Part shown: in pieces, positions 1 to 9,100 of the stretch | Layout of the letters: the number at the start of each line of letters is the position of its first letter | How positions within the stretch are numbered: the first letter of the stretch is position 1 | Assembly (NCBI GenBank): GCA_964565825.1 | Contig: CAZMGK010000001.1 | Location: forward strand, 2,052 to 66,051 | DNA length: 64,000 nt | Direction: 5' to 3' | Source of the DNA: an uncultured Candidatus Saccharibacteria bacterium | GTDB lineage: Bacteria; Patescibacteriota; Minisyncoccia; Phycocordibacterales; UBA9973 | Position numbers and translations under genes: made by a program | Notes under the pieces: model-generated | What the model was told of the DNA's origin: nothing | The model's database searches: none | Seen by the model: the letters and a program-made list of their open reading frames with translations, nothing else

Positions 1-3000
1 GGTGGTGTCACTCGTAATATCATCAGTTGATGATGAACCACTGTCAGATCCTGCGTCCAGATTAGGCACACCCGGAGCTCCTGGTGCAGTTGTATCAACA
101 GTGACTGAGATACTCGGAGATGCGAGTGATTCATTTCCCGCGACATCGGTTGTGGTGATGGTGAGGGTATGTGCACCATCCGCGAGTGCTGATGAGGTAA
201 TACTGTAGAGGGCACCTGCACAGGTAAATGTTCCTACGTTCGTTGCTCCATCATAGAGTGTGATGAGTTCGCCTGTAGTACAAGAACCAGAGAGTGTTGG
301 TGTCGTATCCATAGTGATGTTGTCGGTCGTGATATTAGTATCAGATGCAGTATCCAAATCCGGTGCCGTTACTGGAGTACCAGGGAGTGTGGTGTCGATC
401 GTGACCGAAAGCGTGGTTCCGTCGGCACTCGCATTCCCAGCATTGTCTTCTTGATGAGCCAAGAAGACGTGGACACCATCGGCAAGCGCAGGAGATGCAG
501 TAAGTGTGACCGTACCTGCACTACAGTACCCTGTTGCATAGAGCGTGACACCCTCTTTGAGAACAACCAAATTGGTTCCCAAACACGATACCGTAAAGCT
601 CGGTGTTGTATCTTCAGTAATGTCATCAGTATTGGTTGTTCCTGTGTCTGATGCATTGGTCAGATCAGGCACACCAGGAGCTGATCCAGGAGCAGTGGTA
701 TCAATGGTGACAGAGAGTCCAGCTGATGTCGCTGAGACATTACCTGCGACATCGGTTTGACGTGCGGTCAGTGTGTACGCACCATCAGGCGTGAGTGCTG
801 TTGCGGTCAGTGTAATCGTTCCTCCACCTCCACAGACACCAGAGTCAAGCGTGATGGCACCGTTTCTGAGGTCAACGGTAGAACCAGCGACACAAGAAAT
901 CGTAAAGTCAGGGGTAGTGTCGGTGGTGATATTGTCGGTGGTTGATACTCCGGTACTGTCAGCAGTATCTGAACCTGCATCAAGATCAGGAGTAGAAGGT
1001 GCAGCATCTACTGTAGTGTCGATATCAATAACAACAAATCCAGAGAGTGGAGAGACATTTCCTGCTGGGTCTGTCTGTTTTGCAGTAATCGTGTATGTAC
1101 CATCTGGAGTGAGGGCTGTCGTAATAGTAATCGTTGAAGATGACCCAGCACAGACATCGGTGTAACCTGAAGCACTTCCATCTACCCAGAGTTCGACGGT
1201 AGATCCAGTCACACAAGAAATGGTGAAGGTTGGGGTGTCATCATTGGTTTCATTGTCGGTGGTGTTTCCTGTGTCAGAGGCGACATCAAGATCAGGAGTA
1301 CCTGGAGCAGCATCGGCTGTGGTATCGATGATGATGGCTTTGTTGGCGCCGAGGGATCCGGCAGCGCCTGGAGCTGCGAGTGTGAGTGTTGCATTGTTCG
1401 TCGCAACATCACGAATGGTTCCTCCGTTTAAGGCGAGAGAGTTTGTGGCGAAATAGTCGAGGTCACCACTTGCATCAGCTGCAACGACAGTGTAATTAAA
1501 GGTCAGTGTGTTTGTTCCAGTACCGGAACTGTAGGTTGCATCACGGTCAGTTACACCTGTTTCTAGAGTGAGGAGTGGAGAACCGGTGACGTTGACGACT
1601 TCAGAGAAGACGATTTGTATTGAAATGACCGCACCTGTGGTGTATTCCCCATTGGCAGTACTTGATGTCACACTCGTGACTGTTGGAGAGGTGGTGTCAA
1701 AGGTGTAGGTGTAGGTCGCTGAACTATCACTGTTACCTGATTGATCAGTTGCAGTGTACTCAAATGATCCAGATGAGCTGTTGTTGAACGTAACTGTACA
1801 GGTGAACTGTGTGTTACCGGTAGGAGTAAGTGCTGTACCTGAGGCGACACACGGTGATGTGTTGATGTTGCTTCCGGTGATGACAATATCGCCTGAAACC
1901 AATCCTGAGTTACTGTCGGTCACGGTGAAGACTGCCACGAGTGGGTCAGGACTATTGTAGGTACCGGTTGTTGGAGTGGGTACTCCAAGTGTTGGGTCGG
2001 TACTATCTATGTAAAAGTTTCCACTGTACTGAGTAGCACTGTTTCCAGCACGGTCGTCAACATCGACAGTCAGGGTTCCAGTAGCAGAGACGGTTCCACT
2101 ACAGAATATGGAGACTGATGCAGTGGGTAATGTTGCCACGGTTGGGAATGGATCATAACAGGTAAAGCTGTGAGTTGAGGTTCCTCCAAAGGTCACTGAG
2201 TCAATTCCATTGGCATCAGTGATAGTAAAGGTTGCATTGGTGATAGAGGCTGTTGAGAAGATGGTTGGAGTGGTTGGGGTAATGACTGGTACCACAGTTT
2301 CAATGATGTACGTTTGGGTGGCTTCTGCTCCAGGAATACTTCCTCCTGGGCCTCCACCATCTGGATCTCCTGAACCGTTGACGGTCAGTGTTCCACCAGG
2401 GGTAAGTATTCCATCATCGAGCGTACAGTCGGTGGTGGTTGGATTAGTTCCGACGGCAGGCACACAGGTAATAGCGGATGAGCCTCCTCCGTTGTAGACG
2501 GCTGTGACTGAGTCAATGTATCCAGGTGCGCCCATGAGGACATTGATCGTCGTGTCAGATATTGTTGTATTTGAAATGACCGTTGGTGCGGTGATGGTGA
2601 TGATTGGATAGAATTTGGCTGTCTGTTCACGGATGTTACCGGCTGTATCGTAGGCCCGGAGAATGACGGTATTGAGTGCAGAGGTTGATGCTCCAGTCAT
2701 CGCATACGGAGATGTTTGTGTCGCAAAGCCTCCACCGTTAACATTGAGTTCATAGTGATCAATCGCGATACCGTCGGTTGCTAAAAAGGTGATGGTTGGA
2801 TCAGTGAAATCAAGTGGTGTTGAAGTCAGAGGATCAATGGTGTAGACCGTGATGGTTGGAGCCAAACGGTCAATGATGTAGTTTGGAGAATTAAAGGTGA
2901 CTTGCTTCCCTACTTTGTCTGTTGTAGTGACAGAGATGACGTGGGTTTCTTCGGCATTGTTGGCAGTGGTGATATCGACTGTACAGGTAATAGTCGTATT

Positions 3001-6000
3001 GCCTGTGGTTGGGAGGACTGCTGGAGATGAACAATCAGGAGTCAGGACGCCGTCGATTGAGTCAGTGACTACTATGTATGTGTCAGCTTGGATACCTTGA
3101 CCGGTGGCATTGTCTGCAGTCGTGAAGGTAATAGTTTGAGGACTGGTAGTGGTTAGAAATGTTGCAGTGGTAAATGATCCTGTTGGGACTGTGTTGTCGA
3201 TGATAATAGTCAGTGCGCCACTATCTCCTGATTCATTTCCAGCGAGATCTACCTCACGGACCGTGAGGTTGTTGTGTGTCCCTTCAGACAGGGCTGATGT
3301 GGTACAAGACCAGGCACCAGCTCCGTCTGATGTTGTGGTACAGACAAGTGTTCCGTTATCGTAGACTTTGACTGTCTGTGTGGCACCGGCTCCCGTTCCA
3401 GAGAGTGTTGGTGTGGTGTCAGAAGTGAGATCATCAGTTGATGAGTATCCAGTGTCAGAACCTGCATCGAGGTTTGGGGTACCCGATGGAGCAGAAGGTG
3501 CTGTAGTATCGATGGTGACAGAAAGTGCACCGGATGCCACAGATACATTCCCGGCGACATCTGTTTGTTTCGCAGTGATACTGTAGGCAGCATCTGGAGT
3601 AAGTGCAGTTACGGTCAAGGTGACAGTACTTGCTGCACAGACACCGGTCACACCAGTAGCTACTCCACCGACGAAGAGTTCGACAGTAGATCCGGTGACA
3701 CACGAGAGATCAAAGGTTGGTGTACTATCATTGGTCACATCGTCGTTGGTGAATGTTCCATTGTCGGTTCCAGAGGTCATATCCGGTGCACCTGGAGCAG
3801 CGTCTGCTGTCGTGTCGATGATGATTGCTTTGTTGGCACCAAGAGATCCTGCAGCTCCAGGAGTTGGGAGAGTCAGGTCGGAGTCGATTGTTCCACCGTT
3901 TAAGGCCAGGGAACCTGTACCAGTGTAGTCGAGGTCGGAACTTGTCTCACCTGAGGCGACAGTGTATGTGAAGGTAAGTACTGTGGTACCAGTACCTGAA
4001 GTATAGTTGACGACTGCATCTGTTCCTCCTGTTTCCAGAGTCAGTTGTGGAGTACCGGTGACAGCGACTGGATTAGAGAAAGTAATTTGTATTGAAATGA
4101 CATCGCCTGCATTGTATGAGCCGTCGCCGGTTGATGAGGAGACGTCGGTGACGGTTGTATAGAGGAACCACCCAATAGCGGTACTACTCACGTCAATTGA
4201 GTTTGCTGGCAGAAGAGGAAGTGTGATACCAGAAGAACTATCAAGAGCAGTGTTGTCGGCGATAGAGAGATAATCTCCAGTGAAGGTTGATGCTCCAGTA
4301 AAGGTGATCGTCCGGACTGTCGGAGTATCAGCTGAGGTGATAGCAATGAGGTCATCGGCATCGAGACCATCAAGAACCAGTGAGTTAGCAATAGTGATAT
4401 TACCATTGTCAAAAACAAGTTGACTATTGGTACCATTGTTCGTTGATTCAACCTTAGAGAGTGTGTAGAAAGGAATGGTTGCTGTAGCATCGATGGTGAT
4501 TGCATTAGAGGTAATGGAGACCGTACCGTTGTTGTGTGTAAATGTACCTGCATTAGCAAATGTTGAACCAGAGACAGTGAGTGTCCCAGAGGTTGAAGTC
4601 ATTGCGCCTGAGGCACCAATTGAAAGTGATGGCGTAGACATACTCTGAGCCAATCCAGTGAATGCTCCATCGGTGACGGTCAGTGTATTTGCAACAACGA
4701 GACCACCTCCTAGTTGGAAGGTATCACTGTTACTAGCACTTGCATCATTGATGATGAGGTTGTAGTAGTCGGTGGCACCAAAGTCTTTGATGGTGTGAGT
4801 GGTGGCAGATCCGATTCCGTTACCGTAGTATTCCCAGGTTCCAGAGTTGACGTCGTTGGTGAGAGTGAGGGTGTTACTTCCTTGGAGGCGGACGGTACCG
4901 TCATTACTAAGTGTACCAGAGATAGTAGCATTAAAGCTTGAGAGATCAAGAGTTGAACCAGCATCTATGTCTACAATCGTACCGGTAATATTGAAGTCAT
5001 TGGTCACTACGGTCACCGTTGAATTATTTGTAATCGTAGGGCGGACAGTTCTTGCAACGGAACCAAAGTTCATGTCTTGGGCATCACCTCCGTTAAATGT
5101 TACGGTAAGTTCTGCAGTAAAAGTCATCGTTCCATCAATGATCGCATCTCCCCCAAAACTTGGAGAAAAATTCCCAAATGCTATCGTTCCTCCACTATTT
5201 ACTTGAAGATCTCCTGCATACGTCGATACTGCTCCAGGTGTGAAGGTAGCTCCAGTCATGACAATGAGTTCTTTTGTATCGTTGATGACCGTTGCACCAC
5301 CGGCATCTGGGTAAAGTGTGGTAAGGTCAGCATCTGCATTATTAGCTGTATTGAGTGTCGCAATAGTATGTGCACCACTTTCGAGGATCACTCTATCTTG
5401 GTAAATATCTGTAGTAATGTAGTTCGAAGAACCATTATGTCTAATGAGTGTTGCTCCATCTTCTGTTTCTCCGTCTATGTAGACAGTGACCACAGCAGAA
5501 GCAGTAGGGTTCACATATGACAGAGAGTATGCACCGGTACCACCTGAAGTGGTAGTACATGAGCTTGAGACTCCGTCAACGAGGAGACAGATGGATTTAC
5601 CGTTGGCGATTGGGGTGACTCCTTCGTCGGTGTAGACGCTTCCTGAGATGGTGGAGGCAGCAGCGTCGTAGATGGTGATGCGATGGTTACCAGATTGCGC
5701 AACAAAAAGACGACTGTTTGTAGAATCATACGCGAGATTTTTTGGAGTACTCATACGTGATTGGTTTGTAAGAGCACTAGTATTAGTGAAATTACTTTGC
5801 CCAAGGACATTGATAGCATTTTCTCCATCGGTGATAGTAGCCACATCGTACACAGTGACACGGTGGTTACCAGATTGGGCAACAAAAAGACGATTACCTG
5901 TTGAGTCATAGGCAAGACCTTGTGGACTGTTCATCCCAGCTTGAGTATCAGCCGAAGCAGAGTTTGTAAAATTAGTTTGACCAAGCACAAATGTTGCATT

Positions 6001-8055
6001 TTCTCCGTTAGTAATACCGGTGACATCATAGACTGTGACGCGATGATTGCCGTACTGCGAAACAAAGAGTCTGTTGCCTGTTGCGTCATAAGTAAGACCC
6101 TCTGGACCATTCATCCCAGATTGAGTGTTTCCGGCTCCAGTAGAAAAAAAACTTCCCTGACCAAGTACGAATGTTGCATTTTCTCCATCTGTAATAGCAG
6201 CAACGTCATATACTGTGACACGATGACTACCTGTTTGTCCGACAAAAAGACGATTACCTGTTGAGTCATAGGCAAGACCTGTTGGAGAATTCATTCCGCC
6301 TTGAGTATTAGCAGAGGCGGATGTCGTAAAGAGTGCTTGCCCAAGCACAAATGTTGCATTTTCTCCATCGGTGATAGTAGCCACATCGTACACAGTGACA
6401 CGGTGGTTACCAGATTGGGCAACAAAAAGACGATTACCTGTTGAGTCATAGGCAAGACCTTGTGGACTGTTCATCCCAGCTTGAGTATTTGCCGCTGTAT
6501 TAGACACAAAGTCAGTTTGCCCAAGAACATTATCAGGAACTCTATCAATGAGATTATCGCTCGCATCTAAGTTATACACAAATACTCGATGGTTAGCACT
6601 ATCTGAAACAAACAATCTATGATTAACACTATCTACTTCTTCGTCAACAGGAGTAGAAAAACCAAGTCTGTTCGCAGAATCATGTGACCCACTCTTTGTG
6701 TATGTTGGCACTGGCGCAGATAGATTTGTCCCATCGTACTGACCAAGTGCATCTACTGCATTTTCTCCGTCGGTGATAGTAGTCACATCATAGACAGTGA
6801 GACGACTATTACCATTACCTACTACAAAAAGACGACTATTACTGCTATCATAAGTTAGACCATATGGAGCATTCATCCCTGCTTGAGTGTTTGCCGCAGC
6901 AGTATTGGTGAAGTTACTTTGTCCAAGCACGAATGTTGCATTTTCTCCGTTAGTAATACCGGTGACATCATAGACTGTGACGCGATGATTGCCGTACTGC
7001 GAAACAAAGAGTCTGTTGCCTGTTGCGTCATAAGTAAGACCCTCTGGACCATTCATCCCAGATTGAGTGTTTCCGGCTCCAGTAGAAAAAAAACTTCCCT
7101 GACCAAGTACGAATGTTGCATTTTCTCCATCTGTAATAGCAGCAACGTCATATACTGTGACACGATGACTACCTGTTTGTCCGACAAAAAGACGATTACC
7201 TGTTGAGTCATAGGCAAGACCTGTTGGAGAATTCATTCCGCCTTGAGTATTAGCAGAGGCGGATGTCGTAAAGAGTGCTTGGCCGAGTACATTAATTGCT
7301 GGCTCTCCATCGGTAATTGCCGTGACATCATAGACGATGACGCGATTATTCAAAAAATCGGATACAAAGAGTCTATTATTTATAGAGTCATGCATAATAC
7401 CTCGTGGTGCGCTCATTCCTGATTGAGTGGTAGCAGATGCTGATGTCGTAAAGAGTGCTTGACCAAGGACGTTGATAGCCGGCTCTCCATCAGTGATAGC
7501 AGCGACATCGTAGACCGTGATACGATTGAGGTTTGCAACAAAAAGTCTATTACCTGTTGCGTCGTAAGCGAGACCATATGGAGCACTCATCCCTGCTTGA
7601 GTAACGGAACCACCATTGCTTATAAAGTCTGTTTGACCGAGCACGTTATCAGGAACTCTATCGATCAGGTTATTACTTCCATCTAAGTTATAGACGAGAA
7701 CACGGTTATTATTAACATCTGAAACAAACAATCGATGATTGACTGTATCCATAACTACTCCATACACCTGGTTGAATCCCAGTCTGTTCGGAGAGTCGTT
7801 TGACCCACTTTTTATTATATACCTTGGCACCGGCGCAGATAGATTTGTCCCATCGTACTGCCCCAACAGATCTATCGCATTCGCTCCATTGGAAATAGTT
7901 GCAAATGCAGGTGTTGGTAAAGCAAATGTAATGATGGTAAGTACAAGAATAAGATACGTTTTGTATGATTTCGTATGTGAAAAAATATTCTTTGTAAAAG
8001 ATAAAAAACTATCGACCAGTGTATTACCTTGTGTGTGTTTTGTGTATATAAACAT
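1..8055 (-). CDS. Giant secreted surface protein, partial (C-terminus lies beyond the window start). It has a Sec signal peptide, about 12 NHL-type beta-propeller repeats, then a long run of Ig-like domains (TDxAGNxS motif) and beta-helix-like repeat domains. More than 2680 aa lie in the window.
   Basis: My own reverse-complement translation from the ATG at 8053-8055 (preceded by an in-frame TAA) gives MFIYTKHTQGNTLVDSFLSFTKNIFSHTKSYKTYLILVLTIITFALPTPAFA, then repeated ...GNRLFV.Q.GNHRVTVYDV..ITDGE... (NHL) units. Translation near 3541-3660 gives VTALTPDAAYSITAKQTDVAGNVS in the same frame (low codon coordinate = 1 mod 3) as the start. None of the listed minus-strand ORFs occupies that frame, and all plus-strand ORFs in 1-8000 are short. 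The ORF track omits it because it runs off position 1. Confidence 0.8.
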   Translation of the reverse strand, partial: MFIYTKHTQGNTLVDSFLSFTKNIFSHTKSYKTYLILVLTIITFALPTPAFATISNGANAIDLLGQYDGTNLSAPVPRYIIKSGSNDSPNRLGFNQVYGVVMDTVNHRLFVSDVNNNRVLVYNLDGSNNLIDRVPDNVLGQTDFISNGGSVTQAGMSAPYGLAYDATGNRLFVANLNRITVYDVAAITDGEPAINVLGQALFTTSASATTQSGMSAPRGIMHDSINNRLFVSDFLNNRVIVYDVTAITDGEPAINVLGQALFTTSASANTQGGMNSPTGLAYDSTGNRLFVGQTGSHRVTVYDVAAITDGENATFVLGQGSFFSTGAGNTQSGMNGPEGLTYDATGNRLFVSQYGNHRVTVYDVTGITNGENATFVLGQSNFTNTAAANTQAGMNAPYGLTYDSSNSRLFVVGNGNSRLTVYDVTTITDGENAVDALGQYDGTNLSAPVPTYTKSGSHDSANRLGFSTPVDEEVDSVNHRLFVSDSANHRVFVYNLDASDNLIDRVPDNVLGQTDFVSNTAANTQAGMNSPQGLAYDSTGNRLFVAQSGNHRVTVYDVATITDGENATFVLGQALFTTSASANTQGGMNSPTGLAYDSTGNRLFVGQTGSHRVTVYDVAAITDGENATFVLGQGSFFSTGAGNTQSGMNGPEGLTYDATGNRLFVSQYGNHRVTVYDVTGITNGENATFVLGQTNFTNSASADTQAGMNSPQGLAYDSTGNRLFVAQSGNHRVTVYDVATITDGENAINVLGQSNFTNTSALTNQSRMSTPKNLAYDSTNSRLFVAQSGNHRITIYDAAASTISGSVYTDEGVTPIANGKSICLLVDGVSSSCTTTSGGTGAYSLSYVNPTASAVVTVYIDGETEDGATLIRHNGSSNYITTDIYQDRVILESGAHTIATLNTANNADADLTTLYPDAGGATVINDTKELIVMTGATFTPGAVSTYAGDLQVNSGGTIAFGNFSPSFGGDAIIDGTMTFTAELTVTFNGGDAQDMNFGSVARTVRPTITNNSTVTVVTNDFNITGTIVDIDAGSTLDLSSFNATISGTLSNDGTVRLQGSNTLTLTNDVNSGTWEYYGNGIGSATTHTIKDFGATDYYNLIINDASASNSDTFQLGGGLVVANTLTVTDGAFTGLAQSMSTPSLSIGASGAMTSTSGTLTVSGSTFANAGTFTHNNGTVSITSNAITIDATATIPFYTLSKVESTNNGTNSQLVFDNGNITIANSLVLDGLDADDLIAITSADTPTVRTITFTGASTFTGDYLSIADNTALDSSSGITLPLLPANSIDVSSTAIGWFLYTTVTDVSSSTGDGSYNAGDVISIQITFSNPVAVTGTPQLTLETGGTDAVVNYTSGTGTTVLTFTYTVASGETSSDLDYTGTGSLALNGGTIDSDLTLPTPGAAGSLGANKAIIIDTTADAAPGAPDMTSGTDNGTFTNDDVTNDSTPTFDLSCVTGSTVELFVGGVATGVTGVCAASTVTLTVTALTPDAAYSITAKQTDVAGNVSVASGALSVTIDTTAPSAPSGTPNLDAGSDTGYSSTDDLTSDTTPTLSGTGAGATQTVKVYDNGTLVCTTTSDGAGAWSCTTSALSEGTHNNLTVREVDLAGNESGDSGALTIIIDNTVPTGSFTTATFLTTTSPQTITFTTADNATGQGIQADTYIVVTDSIDGVLTPDCSSPAVLPTTGNTTITCTVDITTANNAEETHVISVTTTDKVGKQVTFNSPNYIIDRLAPTITVYTIDPLTSTPLDFTDPTITFLATDGIAIDHYELNVNGGGFATQTSPYAMTGASTSALNTVILRAYDTAGNIREQTAKFYPIITITAPTVISNTTISDTTINVLMGAPGYIDSVTAVYNGGGSSAITCVPAVGTNPTTTDCTLDDGILTPGGTLTVNGSGDPDGGGPGGSIPGAEATQTYIIETVVPVITPTTPTIFSTASITNATFTITDANGIDSVTFGGTSTHSFTCYDPFPTVATLPTASVSIFCSGTVSATGTLTVDVDDRAGNSATQYSGNFYIDSTDPTLGVPTPTTGTYNSPDPLVAVFTVTDSNSGLVSGDIVITGSNINTSPCVASGTALTPTGNTQFTCTVTFNNSSSGSFEYTATDQSGNSDSSATYTYTFDTTSPTVTSVTSSTANGEYTTGAVISIQIVFSEVVNVTGSPLLTLETGVTDRDATYSSGTGTNTLTFNYTVVAADASGDLDYFATNSLALNGGTIRDVATNNATLTLAAPGAAGSLGANKAIIIDTTADAAPGTPDLDVASDTGNTTDNETNDDTPTFTISCVTGSTVELWVDGSASGYTDVCAGSSSTITITTALTPDGTYTITAKQTDPAGNVSPLSGFVVIDIDTTVDAAPSTPDLDAGSDTADSTGVSTTDNITTDTTPDFTISCVAGSTVDLRNGAITLDSGVCGGGGTITLTATALTPDGAYTLTARQTDVAGNVSATSAGLSVTIDTTAPGSAPGVPDLTNASDTGTTNTDDITEDTTPSFTVSCLGTNLVVLKEGVTLYATGYCSAGTVTLTASPALADGVHVFLAHQEDNAGNASADGTTLSVTIDTTLPGTPVTAPDLDTASDTNITTDNITMDTTPTLSGSCTTGELITLYDGATNVGTFTCAGALYSITSSALADGAHTLTITTTDVAGNESLASPSISVTVDTTAPGAPGVPNLDAGSDSGSSSTDDITSDTT

Positions 8056-8107
8056 ACGTATATTTTATCATGGTACATGAGGTAAAATCTATTTCTGTCT
8101 AGTGTTT

Positions 8108-8138
8108 GCTGTGAAAAACTCAACGAGTTTTTCACAGC
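8108..8138. promoter_or_regulatory. Perfect inverted repeat GCTGTGAAAAACTC-aac-GAGTTTTTCACAGC, about 55-85 nt upstream of the giant-protein start; candidate operator or 5'-UTR hairpin.
   Basis: 14-nt perfect arms read from the sequence. No U-tract follows on either strand, so it is unlikely to be a terminator. Confidence 0.35.
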
Positions 8139-8705
8139 CTGTATGCTCTCTCACCTCCCTCTTGCAAAGAGGTCATTTTATCTACACTTTGGGCGTATGT
8201 AAAGCATGTAGATGTTTCTCATACCTAGACAGATAGAGGGTAAACACAGAATACACAGCTGTGTGTTACACGAATACTCATCTCCATAGGTACTCTACGG
8301 TGTATCTGTGTCCTCTGTAGCTTTGTTCTTGATATATGATATATATCAACGTATATATCATCTTGTACTTCATGATACGTCTCTTGATGAAGAGAAAAGT
8401 CAATCGAATTAAAAAATATAATCACACAACAAAAAAACACTCACTCATACATCAGAAAAATACTCTCTTGTTTCACATACCCCCTACTCTAAAAATCACC
8501 ATCATCACCGTCTCTTCACCTCTACAGCAAAAAACGCACGTTTCCACTTGTAGATTTTTTATACATCATATATACTCATACCATGTCAAATACAGATCGT
8601 GTACTTTCAGAACTTTTTGACCTCTTTTTCTGTCACTATGATGCACTGATACCGAGACTCAACGTTGAAAAAATTTTGTAAATGACTTCATGAAATAGAT
8701 TTTTA

Positions 8706-8930
8706 TTTCCAGAAACGACCTTCCAAAGCTAAGGTCCTTCCTGAAAAAAAATCGTTTAGATATTTTCCGTAAACGATTTCAGGGAGTTGAGGTCCTTCCT
8801 GATAAAAAATAAGTTGAACGACTTCCAAAAGCTGATGTTCTTCTCGAAAAAAAGACTTCAAAACATTCTCGGAAGCGACCTTCCAAAGCTAAGGTCCTTC
8901 CCGACTTAGGTGCTTCTCGAAAAATTCTAC
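8706..8930. repeat. Four degenerate tandem repeats of about 50-56 bp (consensus ...AACGACCTTCCAAAGCTAAGGTCCTTCCTGAAAAAAA...) in the 1-kb divergent intergenic region.
   Basis: CGACCTTCCAAAGCTAAGGTCCTTCC occurs at about 8717 and 8877. Diverged copies sit at about 8771 (GATTTCAGGGAGTTGAGGTCCTTCCTGATAAAAAA) and about 8822. Each unit ends in an A-run. Confidence 0.6.
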
Positions 8931-8979
8931 ATACATACACATTGTTTTTAAAAAAAGACCTGCTATACTTTATATATGG

Positions 8980-9038
8980 TTCCCGTTAGAAGTCAGCTAC
9001 TTCATATATCCACACAAGAAAAAAACAAACACGGGAAC
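8980..9038. other. Hairpin-prone element containing CCCGTTAGAAGTCAG, the reverse complement of CTGACTTCTAACGGG that recurs at 56865-56879 and within the leader modules. The stem GTTCCCG...CGGGAAC encloses about 45 nt.
   Basis: Direct string matches and complementarity read from the sequence. Confidence 0.4.
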
Positions 9039-9057
9039 TAAATAATATTTATAAGCA

Positions 9058-9100
9058 CTAATTAAGGACGGAAGTCTCAAGACTTCCTACTTCTAACGGG
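9058..9100 (+). promoter_or_regulatory. Conserved 43-nt leader module, CTAATTAAGGAC-GGAAGTC-tcaa-GACTTCC-TACTTCTAACGGG, ending exactly at the ATG.
   Basis: A near-identical module sits upstream of gatC (56763-56804, minus strand) and a diverged copy upstream of the 46297 gene. The hairpin stem shows compensatory changes: GGAAGTC/GACTTCC here versus GGAAATC/GATTTCC in the other two copies. Confidence 0.6.

Noticed and set aside
5500-7900. NHL repeat duplications, and the pilin modules, considered as a diversity-generating retroelement (TR/VR pair).
   Set aside because: The duplicated segments are 100% identical rather than adenine-specifically mutated, and there is no reverse transcriptase gene in the window.
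1-8000. About 22 plus-strand ORFs of 60-147 aa in the ORF track (e.g. 773..1165, 5077..5520, 5920..6264, 6883..7206).
   Set aside because: They are antisense to, or out of frame with, the continuous minus-strand giant ORF. The identical 5920 and 6883 'proteins' simply reflect the intragenic DNA duplication.
1-8055. Possibility that the giant gene is missing from the ORF track because of an alternative genetic code (UGA=Gly, code 25).
   Set aside because: rpoB, rpoC, ligA and the helicase are intact under the standard code over more than 1000 codons. The giant ORF translates continuously in one frame with the standard code. It is absent from the track only because it runs off the window edge.
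8706-8930. Tandem repeats considered as a CRISPR array.
   Set aside because: The repeats are degenerate (not identical), spacing is irregular, there are no unique spacers of uniform length, and there are no cas genes.
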